From the NCBI GenBank assembly GCA_963699165.1, contig OY969413.1:404562-468561 (forward strand): DNA of 64,000 bases. Direction: 5' to 3'. Made by a program: the position numbers and the translations under genes. Shown piece after piece: positions 27,282-36,667 of the stretch. The notes beneath the pieces were generated by a model. The model did not search any database, was not told where the DNA came from, and saw only the letters and a list, made by a program, of their open reading frames with translations. The stretch is from Candidatus Kaiserbacteria bacterium. Its GTDB lineage: Bacteria > Patescibacteriota > Minisyncoccia > Phycocordibacterales > Phycocordibacteraceae. Position 1 is the first letter of the stretch, and each line of letters opens with the position of its first letter.

Positions 27282-29276
27282 ATGTTTGTCATTCGCCGAG
27301 AACCCCATAATCCAATCCTCACGCCGCGCCGCGAGCATTTGTGGGAATCGCTTTCCACTTTTAATCCGTCCGTGGTGCGCACCAAAGAAGGCGTGCGCCT
27401 GTACTATCGCGCCTTTGGAAATCAAAATGCGCTCCATACGCCGATTGAAGGCCTTTCGAGCATCGGCACCGCTTTTTCCGAAGACGGCGTGTTTTTTCAT
27501 TCGCGAAAACAAGTTGTCGCGCCGCAGGAATCGTGGGACGCGTTCGGATGCGAAGACCCGCGCGTCACCTTCTTCGAAGGCCGTTGGTACTGTTTTTACA
27601 CCGCGCTCGGCGGCTACCCGTTCGGTCCCGAAAACATCAAAGTCGCCCTTGCCATCGGCAACGAACCGGAAAATCTCACCGAGCGGCATCTCATAACGCC
27701 GTTTAATGCGAAAGCGGCGACATTGTTCCCCGAGCGCATCGATGGCGACATCGTGATGCTGCTTACAGCGCATACCGATTGGACGAGCGAACATCCGCGG
27801 CCGACGATTGCGCTCGCGCGGGCGAAACACATCGAGGACTTTTTCGATCCCGGCTTTTGGCAGGAGTGGCACGACCACCTTCCCGACCACGCGCTTTCGG
27901 AATTGCGCCGAAACGACGCCGACCATATCGAGGTGGGCGCATCGCCGCTTTTGACCGACAAAGGATGGCTGCTCGTCTATTCGTACATTCAAAATTATTA
28001 TGACGAGCATAAACGCACATTCTCGGTCGAAGCGGCGCTGCTTGATGAAAAAGATCCGAGAAAGCTCACTTCGCGCACCGAGTCGATGTTTGTGCCGGAA
28101 GAAATTTACGAAGAATACGGTCTCGTGCCGCACATCGTCTTCCCGACGAGCATTTCGCTCGACGAAAACGGAATGCTGGATATTTGGTATGGCGCAGCCG
28201 ACACCGTATGCGCGAAAGCCAGCGTGCGTCTCGCCGACCTATTGCGCTCGCTGAACCCGGAAAAACCCGCGCGCACGTTCATCCGGGCCGCGCAAAATCC
28301 GATTTTAGCTCCGCAAGGCAGCGGATTTGAAAGCCGCGACGTCTTTAATCCGGCAGCCGTTGACGTGGACGGCAAGGTGCACATTTTGTACCGGGCGATG
28401 GATGCGGCAAACACTTCGACCATCGGTCTGGCGATTTCGAAAGACGGGGTAACAATCGACGAACGTCTGCCGGAACCCGTGTACGTGCCGCGCGCCGACT
28501 TCGAGATGAAGCTCGGAAATCCGACCGGAAATTCCGGTTGCGAAGACCCGCGCATCGTCCGCATCGGCGATACGCTTTACATGACCTACACCGCTTACGA
28601 TGGCGTACATGCGCCTGCGGGAGCCGTTTCTTCGATTTCAGTTGACGATTTTCTCGCCCGCCGGTTTGAAAAATGGAGCAAGCCGTTTTTGATTACTCCC
28701 GAGGGCATCGATGATAAGGACCTTACGTTTTTCCCGGAAAAAATAAATGGGAATTTTCTGCTCTATCATCGCATAAGCAATCAGATTTGCGCCGACCCCT
28801 TCGCCGAGCTTGCTCCCGGCATTCGCGCTAAGCGCTGCATCGATGTGATGGGGCCTCGCCACGGCATGTGGGACGGTACGAAAGTCGGCAGCGCGGCGCC
28901 GCCGATTAAAGTCGGCGAAAACTGGCTTGTGATTTATCACGGCGTCTCGCGCCACGCGACCTACCGCCTCGGCGCCGCGCTGCTCGACCCGTCCGGCCTT
29001 TCGGTACTCGCGCGCACGGCCGATGCCATTTTTGAACCGCTAGAATCGTATGAAAAAGTTGGCGAGGTGCCGAATGTCGTCTTTGCATGCGGCGCCGTTG
29101 TCCGCGATGACACGCTCTTCCTCTACTACGGCGGCGCGGACAAAGTCATCGGTGTCGCGACGGGCTCGGTCGCGCACATTATCGATGCGCTTACGTCGTC
29201 CGGCAACCGAGATTCGGCAAGTTTGAGACCGTCGGAGCCGGTGCGGCAGGACTTTGCCGCGTTTGCGACACACTGA
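27282..29276 (+). CDS. Tandem double-domain GH130-family protein
   Basis: Two copies of NPIL..FNP..GCEDPR..FPE(R/K)I.G..YG(A/G)AD; start MFVIRR. Confidence 0.9.
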   Translation: MFVIRREPHNPILTPRREHLWESLSTFNPSVVRTKEGVRLYYRAFGNQNALHTPIEGLSSIGTAFSEDGVFFHSRKQVVAPQESWDAFGCEDPRVTFFEGRWYCFYTALGGYPFGPENIKVALAIGNEPENLTERHLITPFNAKAATLFPERIDGDIVMLLTAHTDWTSEHPRPTIALARAKHIEDFFDPGFWQEWHDHLPDHALSELRRNDADHIEVGASPLLTDKGWLLVYSYIQNYYDEHKRTFSVEAALLDEKDPRKLTSRTESMFVPEEIYEEYGLVPHIVFPTSISLDENGMLDIWYGAADTVCAKASVRLADLLRSLNPEKPARTFIRAAQNPILAPQGSGFESRDVFNPAAVDVDGKVHILYRAMDAANTSTIGLAISKDGVTIDERLPEPVYVPRADFEMKLGNPTGNSGCEDPRIVRIGDTLYMTYTAYDGVHAPAGAVSSISVDDFLARRFEKWSKPFLITPEGIDDKDLTFFPEKINGNFLLYHRISNQICADPFAELAPGIRAKRCIDVMGPRHGMWDGTKVGSAAPPIKVGENWLVIYHGVSRHATYRLGAALLDPSGLSVLARTADAIFEPLESYEKVGEVPNVVFACGAVVRDDTLFLYYGGADKVIGVATGSVAHIIDALTSSGNRDSASLRPSEPVRQDFAAFATH

Positions 29277-29286
29277 TGCGCCTGTC

Positions 29287-30030
29287 ATGCCCAAGCTGAT
29301 TTTTTTCGACCTCGACGGTACGCTTGCCGAAAGTAAGCAGCCGCTCGACGATGAGATGTCGGCACTGCTTGCAAAGCTTCTGACCCGCACGGATGCGGCG
29401 GTTATTTCCGGCGGACTCCTTTCGCAATTTCTCAAGCAGGTTGTCGGGCGGCTGCCGATTGAAGCCGATTTCGGGCGCTTGCATCTGCTGCCGACATCCG
29501 GCGCGGCACTTTATGAGTGGCACAATGACGAGTGGAAAAAAATATACGAGGAGCGCTTGTCGGACAAAGACGCATTCCACATTCAGGACGTGATGCAGTC
29601 GGCTGCGGAAGAAACCGGCATTATTGATTTTGCACAGCCGTCTTGGGGCGAGCGCATAGAAAACCGCGGGAGCCAAGTCACGCTTTCGGCGCTTGGCCAG
29701 CTCGCGCCGATTGCCGAGAAAAAGAAGTGGGACCCTGACCACGCAAAACGGCGAATACTGCTGGAGAAAATGGCGGCTCTCTTGCCCGATTTTTTGGTAA
29801 GCATCGGCGGCTCGACGAGCATCGACATCACAAAGCGCGGCATCGACAAAGCATACGGCGTCCACAAACTCTGCGACCGGCTCGGCGTGAAAGAGCAGGA
29901 TGCGCTCTACGTCGGCGACGAACTGCAGTCGGGCGGCAATGACGAGGCGGTATACAAGACCGACATTCAAACAAAACCCGTAAAAAATCCGCAGGATACG
30001 AAACGAATTATCGAGAAACTGCTCGCGTGA
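29287..30030 (+). CDS. HAD-IIB hydrolase, eukaryote-type phosphomannomutase-like
   Basis: FFDLDGTLAESK, ISGG, IENRGSQVTLSALGQ, IGGSTSIDIT..GIDKAYG, VGD....GND. Confidence 0.88.
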   Translation: MPKLIFFDLDGTLAESKQPLDDEMSALLAKLLTRTDAAVISGGLLSQFLKQVVGRLPIEADFGRLHLLPTSGAALYEWHNDEWKKIYEERLSDKDAFHIQDVMQSAAEETGIIDFAQPSWGERIENRGSQVTLSALGQLAPIAEKKKWDPDHAKRRILLEKMAALLPDFLVSIGGSTSIDITKRGIDKAYGVHKLCDRLGVKEQDALYVGDELQSGGNDEAVYKTDIQTKPVKNPQDTKRIIEKLLA

Positions 30031-30345
30031 ACGAAGTGGTTTCCTCTCTTTGCATACTGCTCGGAATTTTTTTCAGCATGGCGGGTGATATTTTCTTGAA
30101 GCGAAGCGGCTTTCGGTAATTTTGGACTGCTTGGTCTCCGTGTGGTGTTTTATGCGCTTGGCGCCCTCCCTGTCGCGTTTGCGTTCAAAAAATTGCAGTT
30201 TGGGACGGTCTTTCTCATATGGGAAGCTTTCTCGGTCATAATTGCTCTCATTTTGGCGGGCTTTCTTTTCCACGAACCGCTGACCGCTTACAAAATAATT
30301 GCGCTCCTTCTTGCAATTGGAGCGCTGTGTTTCAGCTATATGTAG
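30027..30345 (+). pseudogene. SMR/DMT-family small transporter, frameshifted near 30112
   Basis: GTG start gives ...MAGDIFLKRSGFR-stop; second frame continues VFYALGALP...WEAFSVI...FLFHEPLT. Confidence 0.6.
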
Positions 30346-30419
30346 TCCCCCTTTACTTCGGAGGAAAATAGAATATGCTTCCCGAGGATATTAGTTAGTA
30401 TGACGCTTTAGTAGGGAGT

Positions 30420-31031
30420 TTGGGAAAAATGCCGACAGAAGCAAAAGATCGTCGAGTAATCGACGTGCTTTTGAGCCATCAAATTCTTCGGGATTTCAAT
30501 CTGGGAGAATTGCCCGATGAAGGATACGTAGTCGCCGCTTGCGGAGATAAGGACCGTTTTATCCACGGTACGCTTGACCATTTGCTGCAGCTGCGCAAGC
30601 CAGGTGGTGCTATGCCCCATCTGGTCTGTTTCAACGGAGGGCCATTGGTAATTCCGCTCTGTTCTCCACTCAACGCCGAAAACGACGGGAAATCTATGCT
30701 GAGGCAGATTTACGGAGCGGTAAGAATCAAGAACCTTAGGGCTGTCTGTACGATTGTGCATGCTCCATGCGGCGCGGGAGGTGATGCCAACCTCAACATG
30801 CTCGAATCCCTTCTTCTGCATGCGTTGGTACCGGCGGCCATGCGTGATTTCGGAAAAAAACGAGATTTGCCGATGCTAGACGTGATTCCGCTTTTCAACG
30901 TGGAGTATCCGGGCGCGGACGGCGAGTTTTTCAGAACCTATCGTTTCGAACACGAACTCTTTCAGACGTTTATGACCACCCCGAAAGCGCGTCAGCTCGA
31001 AGAGCTCTATGGGCGCGCGGTCGCCGTGTAA
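30420..31031 (+). CDS. Hypothetical protein with beta-carbonic-anhydrase-like metal motif
   Basis: ACGDKDR and HAPCGA resemble CxDxR...HxxCG. Confidence 0.5.
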   Translation: MGKMPTEAKDRRVIDVLLSHQILRDFNLGELPDEGYVVAACGDKDRFIHGTLDHLLQLRKPGGAMPHLVCFNGGPLVIPLCSPLNAENDGKSMLRQIYGAVRIKNLRAVCTIVHAPCGAGGDANLNMLESLLLHALVPAAMRDFGKKRDLPMLDVIPLFNVEYPGADGEFFRTYRFEHELFQTFMTTPKARQLEELYGRAVAV

Positions 31032-31102
31032 GGAATGAGGACGAGACGCGGGCTGTAAGGCTCGCGTTTTCTCTTTGTCTCAGACCCGAATAATGCGCCG
31101 CA

Positions 31103-31582
31103 TTGTACGGATTTGCGTTTTGGTATACATTCCAAGCAGAACAGCACGCCAACGAAGGAGTTCGAATGGCCGCCTTTTTATTAATTGCCCGGGAATCGCC
31201 CGACAGAATCGGCGCACTGGCATTTGCGGATTTGGTTTGGGCGAAAACCGATAATTCCGCAAGGACGAAGTTGAGGAAGGCGCTCAAATCGCTGTCGCCG
31301 GAGATTTCCGATTGGAGATTCTGGACAGAGCGGTTATCGGACGACCTTTTAACCTACCTGCGCACGAATGCCGATGTATGCGCAAGAATCTTCCTGGTGA
31401 CAGGCCGACAGTTGCCGGAGCAAATCAATAGAATCATAGATGTGACGTTCGTATTCCCGAAAATGGGCGAAGAGGACAAATGCGAGGCGATTCGCACTGA
31501 TGCGCTTCGTGCGAAATATCCGCACATTTCGGAGTGGACGATAATCGTCCAAGAATTGACACTCAATCAACTTCTCCCGTGA
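31103..31582 (+). CDS. Hypothetical protein
   Basis: 159-aa ORF; start may be ATG near 31166 after AAGGAG. Confidence 0.5.
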   Translation: MYGFAFWYTFQAEQHANEGVRMAAFLLIARESPDRIGALAFADLVWAKTDNSARTKLRKALKSLSPEISDWRFWTERLSDDLLTYLRTNADVCARIFLVTGRQLPEQINRIIDVTFVFPKMGEEDKCEAIRTDALRAKYPHISEWTIIVQELTLNQLLP

Positions 31583-31600
31583 ATTTTGCACAGCAAAAAA

Positions 31601-32680
31601 TGCATAAGTTCAGATACATTTGGCAGTCCTCATAACCGAGGATATATGCGCATCAGAAGCAATTTCAGGGGTACGAAGGGCTGGTTGAGCATGTGGGAAA
31701 GGACGATACGATTGCGGCATATGCGGAAACCAAAGGAAGTCGACAGACGGGTGAAGATATTGGGATTCTGGGACATGCACGGGACGGAGGCCGCATACGA
31801 CGCCTTTGGCACCTCGGAGCGCACCTTGTATCGCTGGAAGGAGGAACTCAAAGCCCACGAGGGCCGCATTGATGCACTTGACCCGAAGAGCACTGCGCCG
31901 AAGGCGCGTCGAAGGAGGACTGTTCTGCCCGAGGTCGAGGATTTCATCATCCGCGAACGACAGGCGCATCCCCGGCTTGGGAAAGCAAAGCTTGCCGTTC
32001 TCCTGCGCGAAGAAGGGTACTCCGTGTCGGAGTCATACGTTGGGCGGGTCATTCTGGATTTGAAGAACCGCGGTCTGCTCCCGCAGCAGAGCCGGCTCTC
32101 GTTCCACGCACGTACGGGCAATCACACGGAAACACCGCAGAAACGCCGTACCAAGCTTCGCCGCACCGGCAAGCGCGGCATGGAGCTCGATACCGTCGTC
32201 CGCTTCATCGACGGCGTGAAGCGGTACGTCCTCACGGCAGTGGACGTGGAGCGGAAGTTCGCCTTTGCGGGCGCGTATACGAACCACTCGTCGAGAAGCG
32301 CGGACGACTTCCTTCGCCGAGTCATCGAGGTTTGCCCCTTCGATATCGACGAGTTGCAGACCGACAACGGGAGCGAGTTCGCCAAACACTTCGAGGATGC
32401 CTGTGCCGAACTCGGGCTCACGCACTTTCACACCCGCCCCCGCACTCCCAAGATGAATGCCCACGTCGAACGATTCAATCGCACCGTCTCCGAGGACTTC
32501 ATCATGCTGAATCGGGGCCTGCTGCGGGACGATATTCATTCCTTCAATCTGAAGCTTGTCGACTGGCTGATCTGGTACAACACCAAACGCCCGCACCAGT
32601 CGCTCGGCATGGTGTCCCCCTTGCGGTATATTGTGTGTACATTAACCGTCGGGGACTGCCAAAAGTACTGGACGCGTACA
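31601..32680 (+). mobile_element. IS481-family element copy 2 (1080 bp, TSD AAAAA)
   Basis: Same TIRs and sequence as copy 1, opposite orientation. Confidence 0.93.
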
Positions 32681-32689
32681 AAAAATTGA
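31646..32689 (+). CDS. IS481-family transposase
   Basis: As copy 1; ends WTRT|KN-stop using flanking TGA. Confidence 0.93.
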   Translation: MRIRSNFRGTKGWLSMWERTIRLRHMRKPKEVDRRVKILGFWDMHGTEAAYDAFGTSERTLYRWKEELKAHEGRIDALDPKSTAPKARRRRTVLPEVEDFIIRERQAHPRLGKAKLAVLLREEGYSVSESYVGRVILDLKNRGLLPQQSRLSFHARTGNHTETPQKRRTKLRRTGKRGMELDTVVRFIDGVKRYVLTAVDVERKFAFAGAYTNHSSRSADDFLRRVIEVCPFDIDELQTDNGSEFAKHFEDACAELGLTHFHTRPRTPKMNAHVERFNRTVSEDFIMLNRGLLRDDIHSFNLKLVDWLIWYNTKRPHQSLGMVSPLRYIVCTLTVGDCQKYWTRTKN

Positions 32690-32731
32690 CTGCTGCAGTT
32701 GCATATGATTTTATCAAAAAGGAGGATTAAC

Positions 32732-32884
32732 ATGGAGTTCTACGAAGAGTATGTCGCACCACTTCCAGCGGTAAACGCCCGACAATTCGAGGGCATACCA
32801 CCACAACATAGTAACCGGTTCACCGCCATTACCATCGACCCAGACAAAACCGACGAGGGACCGCTGCTTCTTTCCAGCAACTAA
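32732..32884 (+). CDS. Small hypothetical protein (50 aa)
   Basis: AAAGGAGG SD before ATG, TTGACT upstream, hairpin GAGCCCA...TGGGCTC downstream. Confidence 0.5.
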   Translation: MEFYEEYVAPLPAVNARQFEGIPPQHSNRFTAITIDPDKTDEGPLLLSSN

Positions 32885-32941
32885 AAGCCCGACGAGCCCA
32901 CCTCGTTGGGCTCGTTAATTTTATTCAATGCGGTTATGAAT

Positions 32942-34618
32942 TTAGCTCGAGCGCATGAGACGTGCGAGACGGATGATTTCAAATGAATACCTGCCACGAA
33001 GTGCAAGAAAGACCGGCGAGAGGCGGCCGCTCGTTTCGGCGGCGAGCGCTTCGTGAATTTCATCAAGCTGGCCGAGCGGGACCAGATGCGCGAAGTCGGC
33101 GCGCGTCAGCTTCCCGATTTCCGCAAGCTCTTCCAAATGCTTCACGATGGTCGATGCCGTGAGCCCGCGCGACTTCGCGGCGGATTGGAGCGTCTTTGAA
33201 TCGCGTACTGCCTGCAGCGTCTCGGCGAGACGGCCGGGCATGCCTTTTTGGGGCGCGGCGCTTCGCGCCGCGCCCTTGCCTTTCGCATTTGCATTTTCAA
33301 TCCACGCGCCCCCCATGGCTTTGACGAACTTCTTCTGCAGGTCAAGCCGCTCGGTTTCCGGCATTTCGGCAAACGCGTCCCGCGCCGCCTCCGAGGCGGC
33401 GCGAAAATCCCGGTCTTTTTGCAAAATCTCCGGATGCACTTCGAGCGCGCGCTGGTTCAAACCCGTCAAATACACCCCTGAGAGCCGCCGCACGCGCGAA
33501 AGCGCGACATATCCCTGCCCGTACTCAAAGGCCCGTGAGAGGTCAATAATGGCCGCATCCATGCTCATTCCCTGGCTTTTGTGCACGGTCATTGCATATG
33601 CCAGCCGAAGCGGTATTTGAGCCACGCTGGCCCGAACCTTGCCCTGCTCTTCAAGCTGCCATTCCATCGGCTCGGTGGTGATTTTCAAACCGTCTTTCGT
33701 CGCGACAATCGGCTGCCCCATCGCGTCCCAGCCGATAACCGTGCCGAGCGTTCCATTCACAAATTTTCCCTGCGGCGAATTTTTCGTAAACATTACGGCC
33801 GCGCCCTCCTTTAATTCGAGCACTTCCGGCGATAGGCATCCCCGCTTCAGCCCTTCAATCATCGAATCTTTGCCTTTCGCGCTCATATGGAATTTCTTCG
33901 ACGGAGTTTTAAGTTTCGCAAGCTCCGCGGCATTGATGCGGTCGACATCCGCATTGTGCGAGAAAAGTTTTGGCGCATCCGCGGGAAGCTCTGACTCGCC
34001 GCAATGCCGCGACATCAGCTCTTCGTAGTGCAGCTCCTCGACGTTTCCCTCGCGTATCGCCGAAAGCACGCTTAAAAATCCGCTATCGTCCTGCCGATAC
34101 TGCTCCGTGAGGTAGCACGTAATCAAATTCAGGTCGCGCCACAGAGTCGAGGTGTACGCAAACCGCGCGTCATGGGCGCGGGATACCGGCGGCAATTGAA
34201 AAAAGTCGCCAACCAAAATAACGGTGAGTCCGCCAAACGGCTTGTCCACACGCCGCACCTCTCTGCAAATGGCATCCGCCATTTCAAATGTCGCCGCCGA
34301 GAGCATCGAGATTTCCTCGATAATAAGCACCTTCGCTTTTTGAATGCGCTTGGCGATGTGCTCCTTGCCCGCGATGCGGTCGACATCGGCTTTCGACAGC
34401 GATTCGCTCACGCCGATGCCGCTCCACGAATGCAGCGTCATGCCGCTCACGTGCGTCGCGGCGATTCCGGTCGCGGCCGTTACCGACGGCTCGATTCCGC
34501 ACGCACGCAACCACGATAAAAATTCGTTTACCGTATGCGTCTTGCCGCTTCCCGGTTCGCCGGTGAGAAAAACATTCGCGCCCGTCTTCAAAATGGTCAG
34601 CGCCTCGCCTTGCGTCAT
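32942..34618 (-). CDS. PIF1/RecD-like SF1B DNA helicase with C-terminal HTH
   Basis: FLTGEPGSGKT, TGIAA, IEEISM, VGDFFQLPPV, LAYAMTVHKSQGMS, YVALSR; RGLTASTIVKHL. Confidence 0.93.
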   Translation of the reverse strand: MTQGEALTILKTGANVFLTGEPGSGKTHTVNEFLSWLRACGIEPSVTAATGIAATHVSGMTLHSWSGIGVSESLSKADVDRIAGKEHIAKRIQKAKVLIIEEISMLSAATFEMADAICREVRRVDKPFGGLTVILVGDFFQLPPVSRAHDARFAYTSTLWRDLNLITCYLTEQYRQDDSGFLSVLSAIREGNVEELHYEELMSRHCGESELPADAPKLFSHNADVDRINAAELAKLKTPSKKFHMSAKGKDSMIEGLKRGCLSPEVLELKEGAAVMFTKNSPQGKFVNGTLGTVIGWDAMGQPIVATKDGLKITTEPMEWQLEEQGKVRASVAQIPLRLAYAMTVHKSQGMSMDAAIIDLSRAFEYGQGYVALSRVRRLSGVYLTGLNQRALEVHPEILQKDRDFRAASEAARDAFAEMPETERLDLQKKFVKAMGGAWIENANAKGKGAARSAAPQKGMPGRLAETLQAVRDSKTLQSAAKSRGLTASTIVKHLEELAEIGKLTRADFAHLVPLGQLDEIHEALAAETSGRLSPVFLALRGRYSFEIIRLARLMRSS

Positions 34619-34651
34619 GTTGACACTGTATCAGAGCCGATACATCACGCT

Positions 34652-34807
34652 CTACCGACCCACCGGCGCCCCAAGAATCGATGTTTGAACATACACGTAC
34701 TCGTAATATATGCCGAGTTTGAACGCGATGCCGAAGGTCGCCAAAAAAACGACGACAGCGGCAAGCTTGGAATACCACGTAACCTTGTTCCATTCTATTT
34801 TAATCAT
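34652..34807 (-). CDS. Small single-TM protein (51 aa, MIKIEWNKVTWYSKLAAVVVF...), absent from ORF track
   Basis: ATG at 34807 overlaps upstream stop, TAG at 34652; fills gap in the operon. Confidence 0.7.
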   Translation of the reverse strand: MIKIEWNKVTWYSKLAAVVVFLATFGIAFKLGIYYEYVYVQTSILGAPVGR

Positions 34808-35127
34808 GATTTTGCATCGTTATCTTTGGAAAAACCCCACTGCCATCCCGGCTTTTCGCCTTTCCAAAAGCAGACGACAATGAGAATTACTGCAGCGAGA
34901 AAAATCTTCGCCAAAAACAATTCGACGTTTTGGTTGATTTGCTCGCTCGACACCGTGTTCGAACCGATTGCGGTCGATTGCCAAAAAAGATATCCGATGA
35001 ATATGACGAGCACAGCCCAGCCCTCCCGCCGCGCCGGCACCCAGCCCCAGCCGTACAATTTGCGCTTAAACCAATACCCTTCGGGATTGACTTTCAGATA
35101 TTCGGAATATTTTCTGATGGAGTTCAT
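34804..35127 (-). CDS. Conserved-looking 2-TM membrane protein
   Basis: YWFKRKLYGWGWVPA..EGW and KGEKPGWQWG motifs. Confidence 0.75.
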   Translation of the reverse strand: MNSIRKYSEYLKVNPEGYWFKRKLYGWGWVPARREGWAVLVIFIGYLFWQSTAIGSNTVSSEQINQNVELFLAKIFLAAVILIVVCFWKGEKPGWQWGFSKDNDAKS

Positions 35128-35372
35128 GCGCGGTTTTGCTTTTTCCAGCGCGGCGCAAACCGTATGAGATAGGCGAATAGCTTTGCCTGCAATGTATTCA
35201 TGCCTTTCGCGACCATCGCATCGTACGAGGCCTTTTGAAATTCTTTTACGTCACTCCCTTCGTACGCAAGCTTCCCGTTTTTAAAACAGTAACTGCAATA
35301 CTTCTCCGACTCGCGTGGTCCAGGGTCTTGCACAAACGGCATCATGCAACTTTCGCAATTTTTGTTCGACAT
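35124..35372 (-). CDS. Zinc-ribbon protein (Zn_ribbon_2-like)
   Basis: CESCMMP...YCSYCFKNG...PRWK. Confidence 0.8.
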   Translation of the reverse strand: MSNKNCESCMMPFVQDPGPRESEKYCSYCFKNGKLAYEGSDVKEFQKASYDAMVAKGMNTLQAKLFAYLIRFAPRWKKQNRA

Positions 35373-35403
35373 ATGTTGGTAAGTATACGCGATTATTTTC
35401 CGA

Positions 35404-36096
35404 TTATTTCCTCGGCTCGTATTCCGGGTAATATTCAATCTTTATGTCATCAACCCATTCGATACCCGGAATGACGCTCAAGACCTTGCCGAAAATCTTC
35501 GAGTCCTCTTGCCCAACCACAATCGGATGATATGCGCCGCTTTTGTTTTCGGGATTGAGGAACACAACGCCGTCAGTTTTGACATACCGCTTGATGACGG
35601 CCATGTGTCCGACGATAGCGACGACGCGGTCGCCATTATGAACCTGCTCGGTAACCTCGACGATGACATAATCGCCGTTTTTGATGCCCGCATCTTCCAT
35701 GCTGTCGCCGACGGCTTTAATCGCCGCGATGTTCGTATGCACGTTGATGAGATTTTTATCGACGAGAATGTATTCGCCGAATTCGTCCTGCGCGTACACT
35801 TCCATCGCATCGCATCCGGCCGATGCGATGACCGGCACTTGAATCGTCCCTGAAGAAATACCCGAACCGTCGCCTTTCAAAATCTGAATGCTGCGGTGCT
35901 GAAATCGGTCGCGTTTGATGAACCCCTTCTTTTCGAGACCTTCGAGCCGTTGCGTCACGCTTCGAAGCGAGCGCAAATTGAATTCTTTCCGCAACTCGAC
36001 CATCGTCGGCGCTTCGCCGTGCTTCGCGATGTACCGTTTCAAAAACGAAAGCGTTTTTTCTTGCACCGGAGTGAAGGTTATCTGCCGCATACTCAT
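35404..36096 (-). CDS. lexA: LexA repressor
   Basis: N-terminal wHTH (PTMVEL...LEKKGFIKR), AG cleavage site, GDSM serine, IKR lysine. Confidence 0.93.
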   Translation of the reverse strand: MSMRQITFTPVQEKTLSFLKRYIAKHGEAPTMVELRKEFNLRSLRSVTQRLEGLEKKGFIKRDRFQHRSIQILKGDGSGISSGTIQVPVIASAGCDAMEVYAQDEFGEYILVDKNLINVHTNIAAIKAVGDSMEDAGIKNGDYVIVEVTEQVHNGDRVVAIVGHMAVIKRYVKTDGVVFLNPENKSGAYHPIVVGQEDSKIFGKVLSVIPGIEWVDDIKIEYYPEYEPRK

Positions 36097-36199
36097 ACAA
36101 TATCATCCGAACGGATTTGAAAACGCGTTATCCACAACTATGGACACAATATACACAACTTTGCAAGCTTAAAAAAGAACGGACCCGCTTCATGGCGGG

Positions 36200-36637
36200 T
36201 CACGTTTGCTGTGAGGGATGAGATTTGCAGTAAACCTTCAGGAGCTCGCTTATCTCCTTCGAATCTATGGCAACCGGATACACATACACCTTCTGAATTG
36301 CGCGCCGATTACCGCATTCAATCATGGCTTTTATGTTTCTAAATGTCGAATGTCCGAGCGCTCGCCCGAACAGAACCGCGCCGATGGTCCCGCCGAATAG
36401 GTACCAGTGATTTATACGGCAGGACTCCGACTGGGAATAAAATCGAACGATTCGCCTCGGAAGTTCCCGCGTGAACGCATCGTAGAAATCGGAACGCCAC
36501 CCGACCACAAGAATATGCTGATGCCGCTCAAGCCGTTCCAGAACGCGCTTAGGCTCTTCGGCGTATTCAGCTTCCAACAAGACCATTCTCCTTTCTCCCG
36601 CCGCAGTGAACGGGCACATCCGTACCGAGGGTAGCAC
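36200..36637 (-). CDS. Hypothetical protein
   Basis: 145-aa ORF; probable start near MVLLEA after GGAGAAAGGAG. Confidence 0.5.
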   Translation of the reverse strand: MLPSVRMCPFTAAGERRMVLLEAEYAEEPKRVLERLERHQHILVVGWRSDFYDAFTRELPRRIVRFYSQSESCRINHWYLFGGTIGAVLFGRALGHSTFRNIKAMIECGNRRAIQKVYVYPVAIDSKEISELLKVYCKSHPSQQT

Positions 36638-36667
36638 GGAAATCGAACTTGTACATACACATTCTTC

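Noticed and set aside
36128-36136. DnaA box TTATCCACA as sign of oriC
   Set aside because: Isolated box; other matches are scattered and there is no dnaA/dnaN or box cluster
36097-36170. LexA operator upstream of lexA (ATCCG-AA-CGGAT)
   Set aside because: Short palindrome not seen upstream of the helicase genes; no motif can be supported by eye
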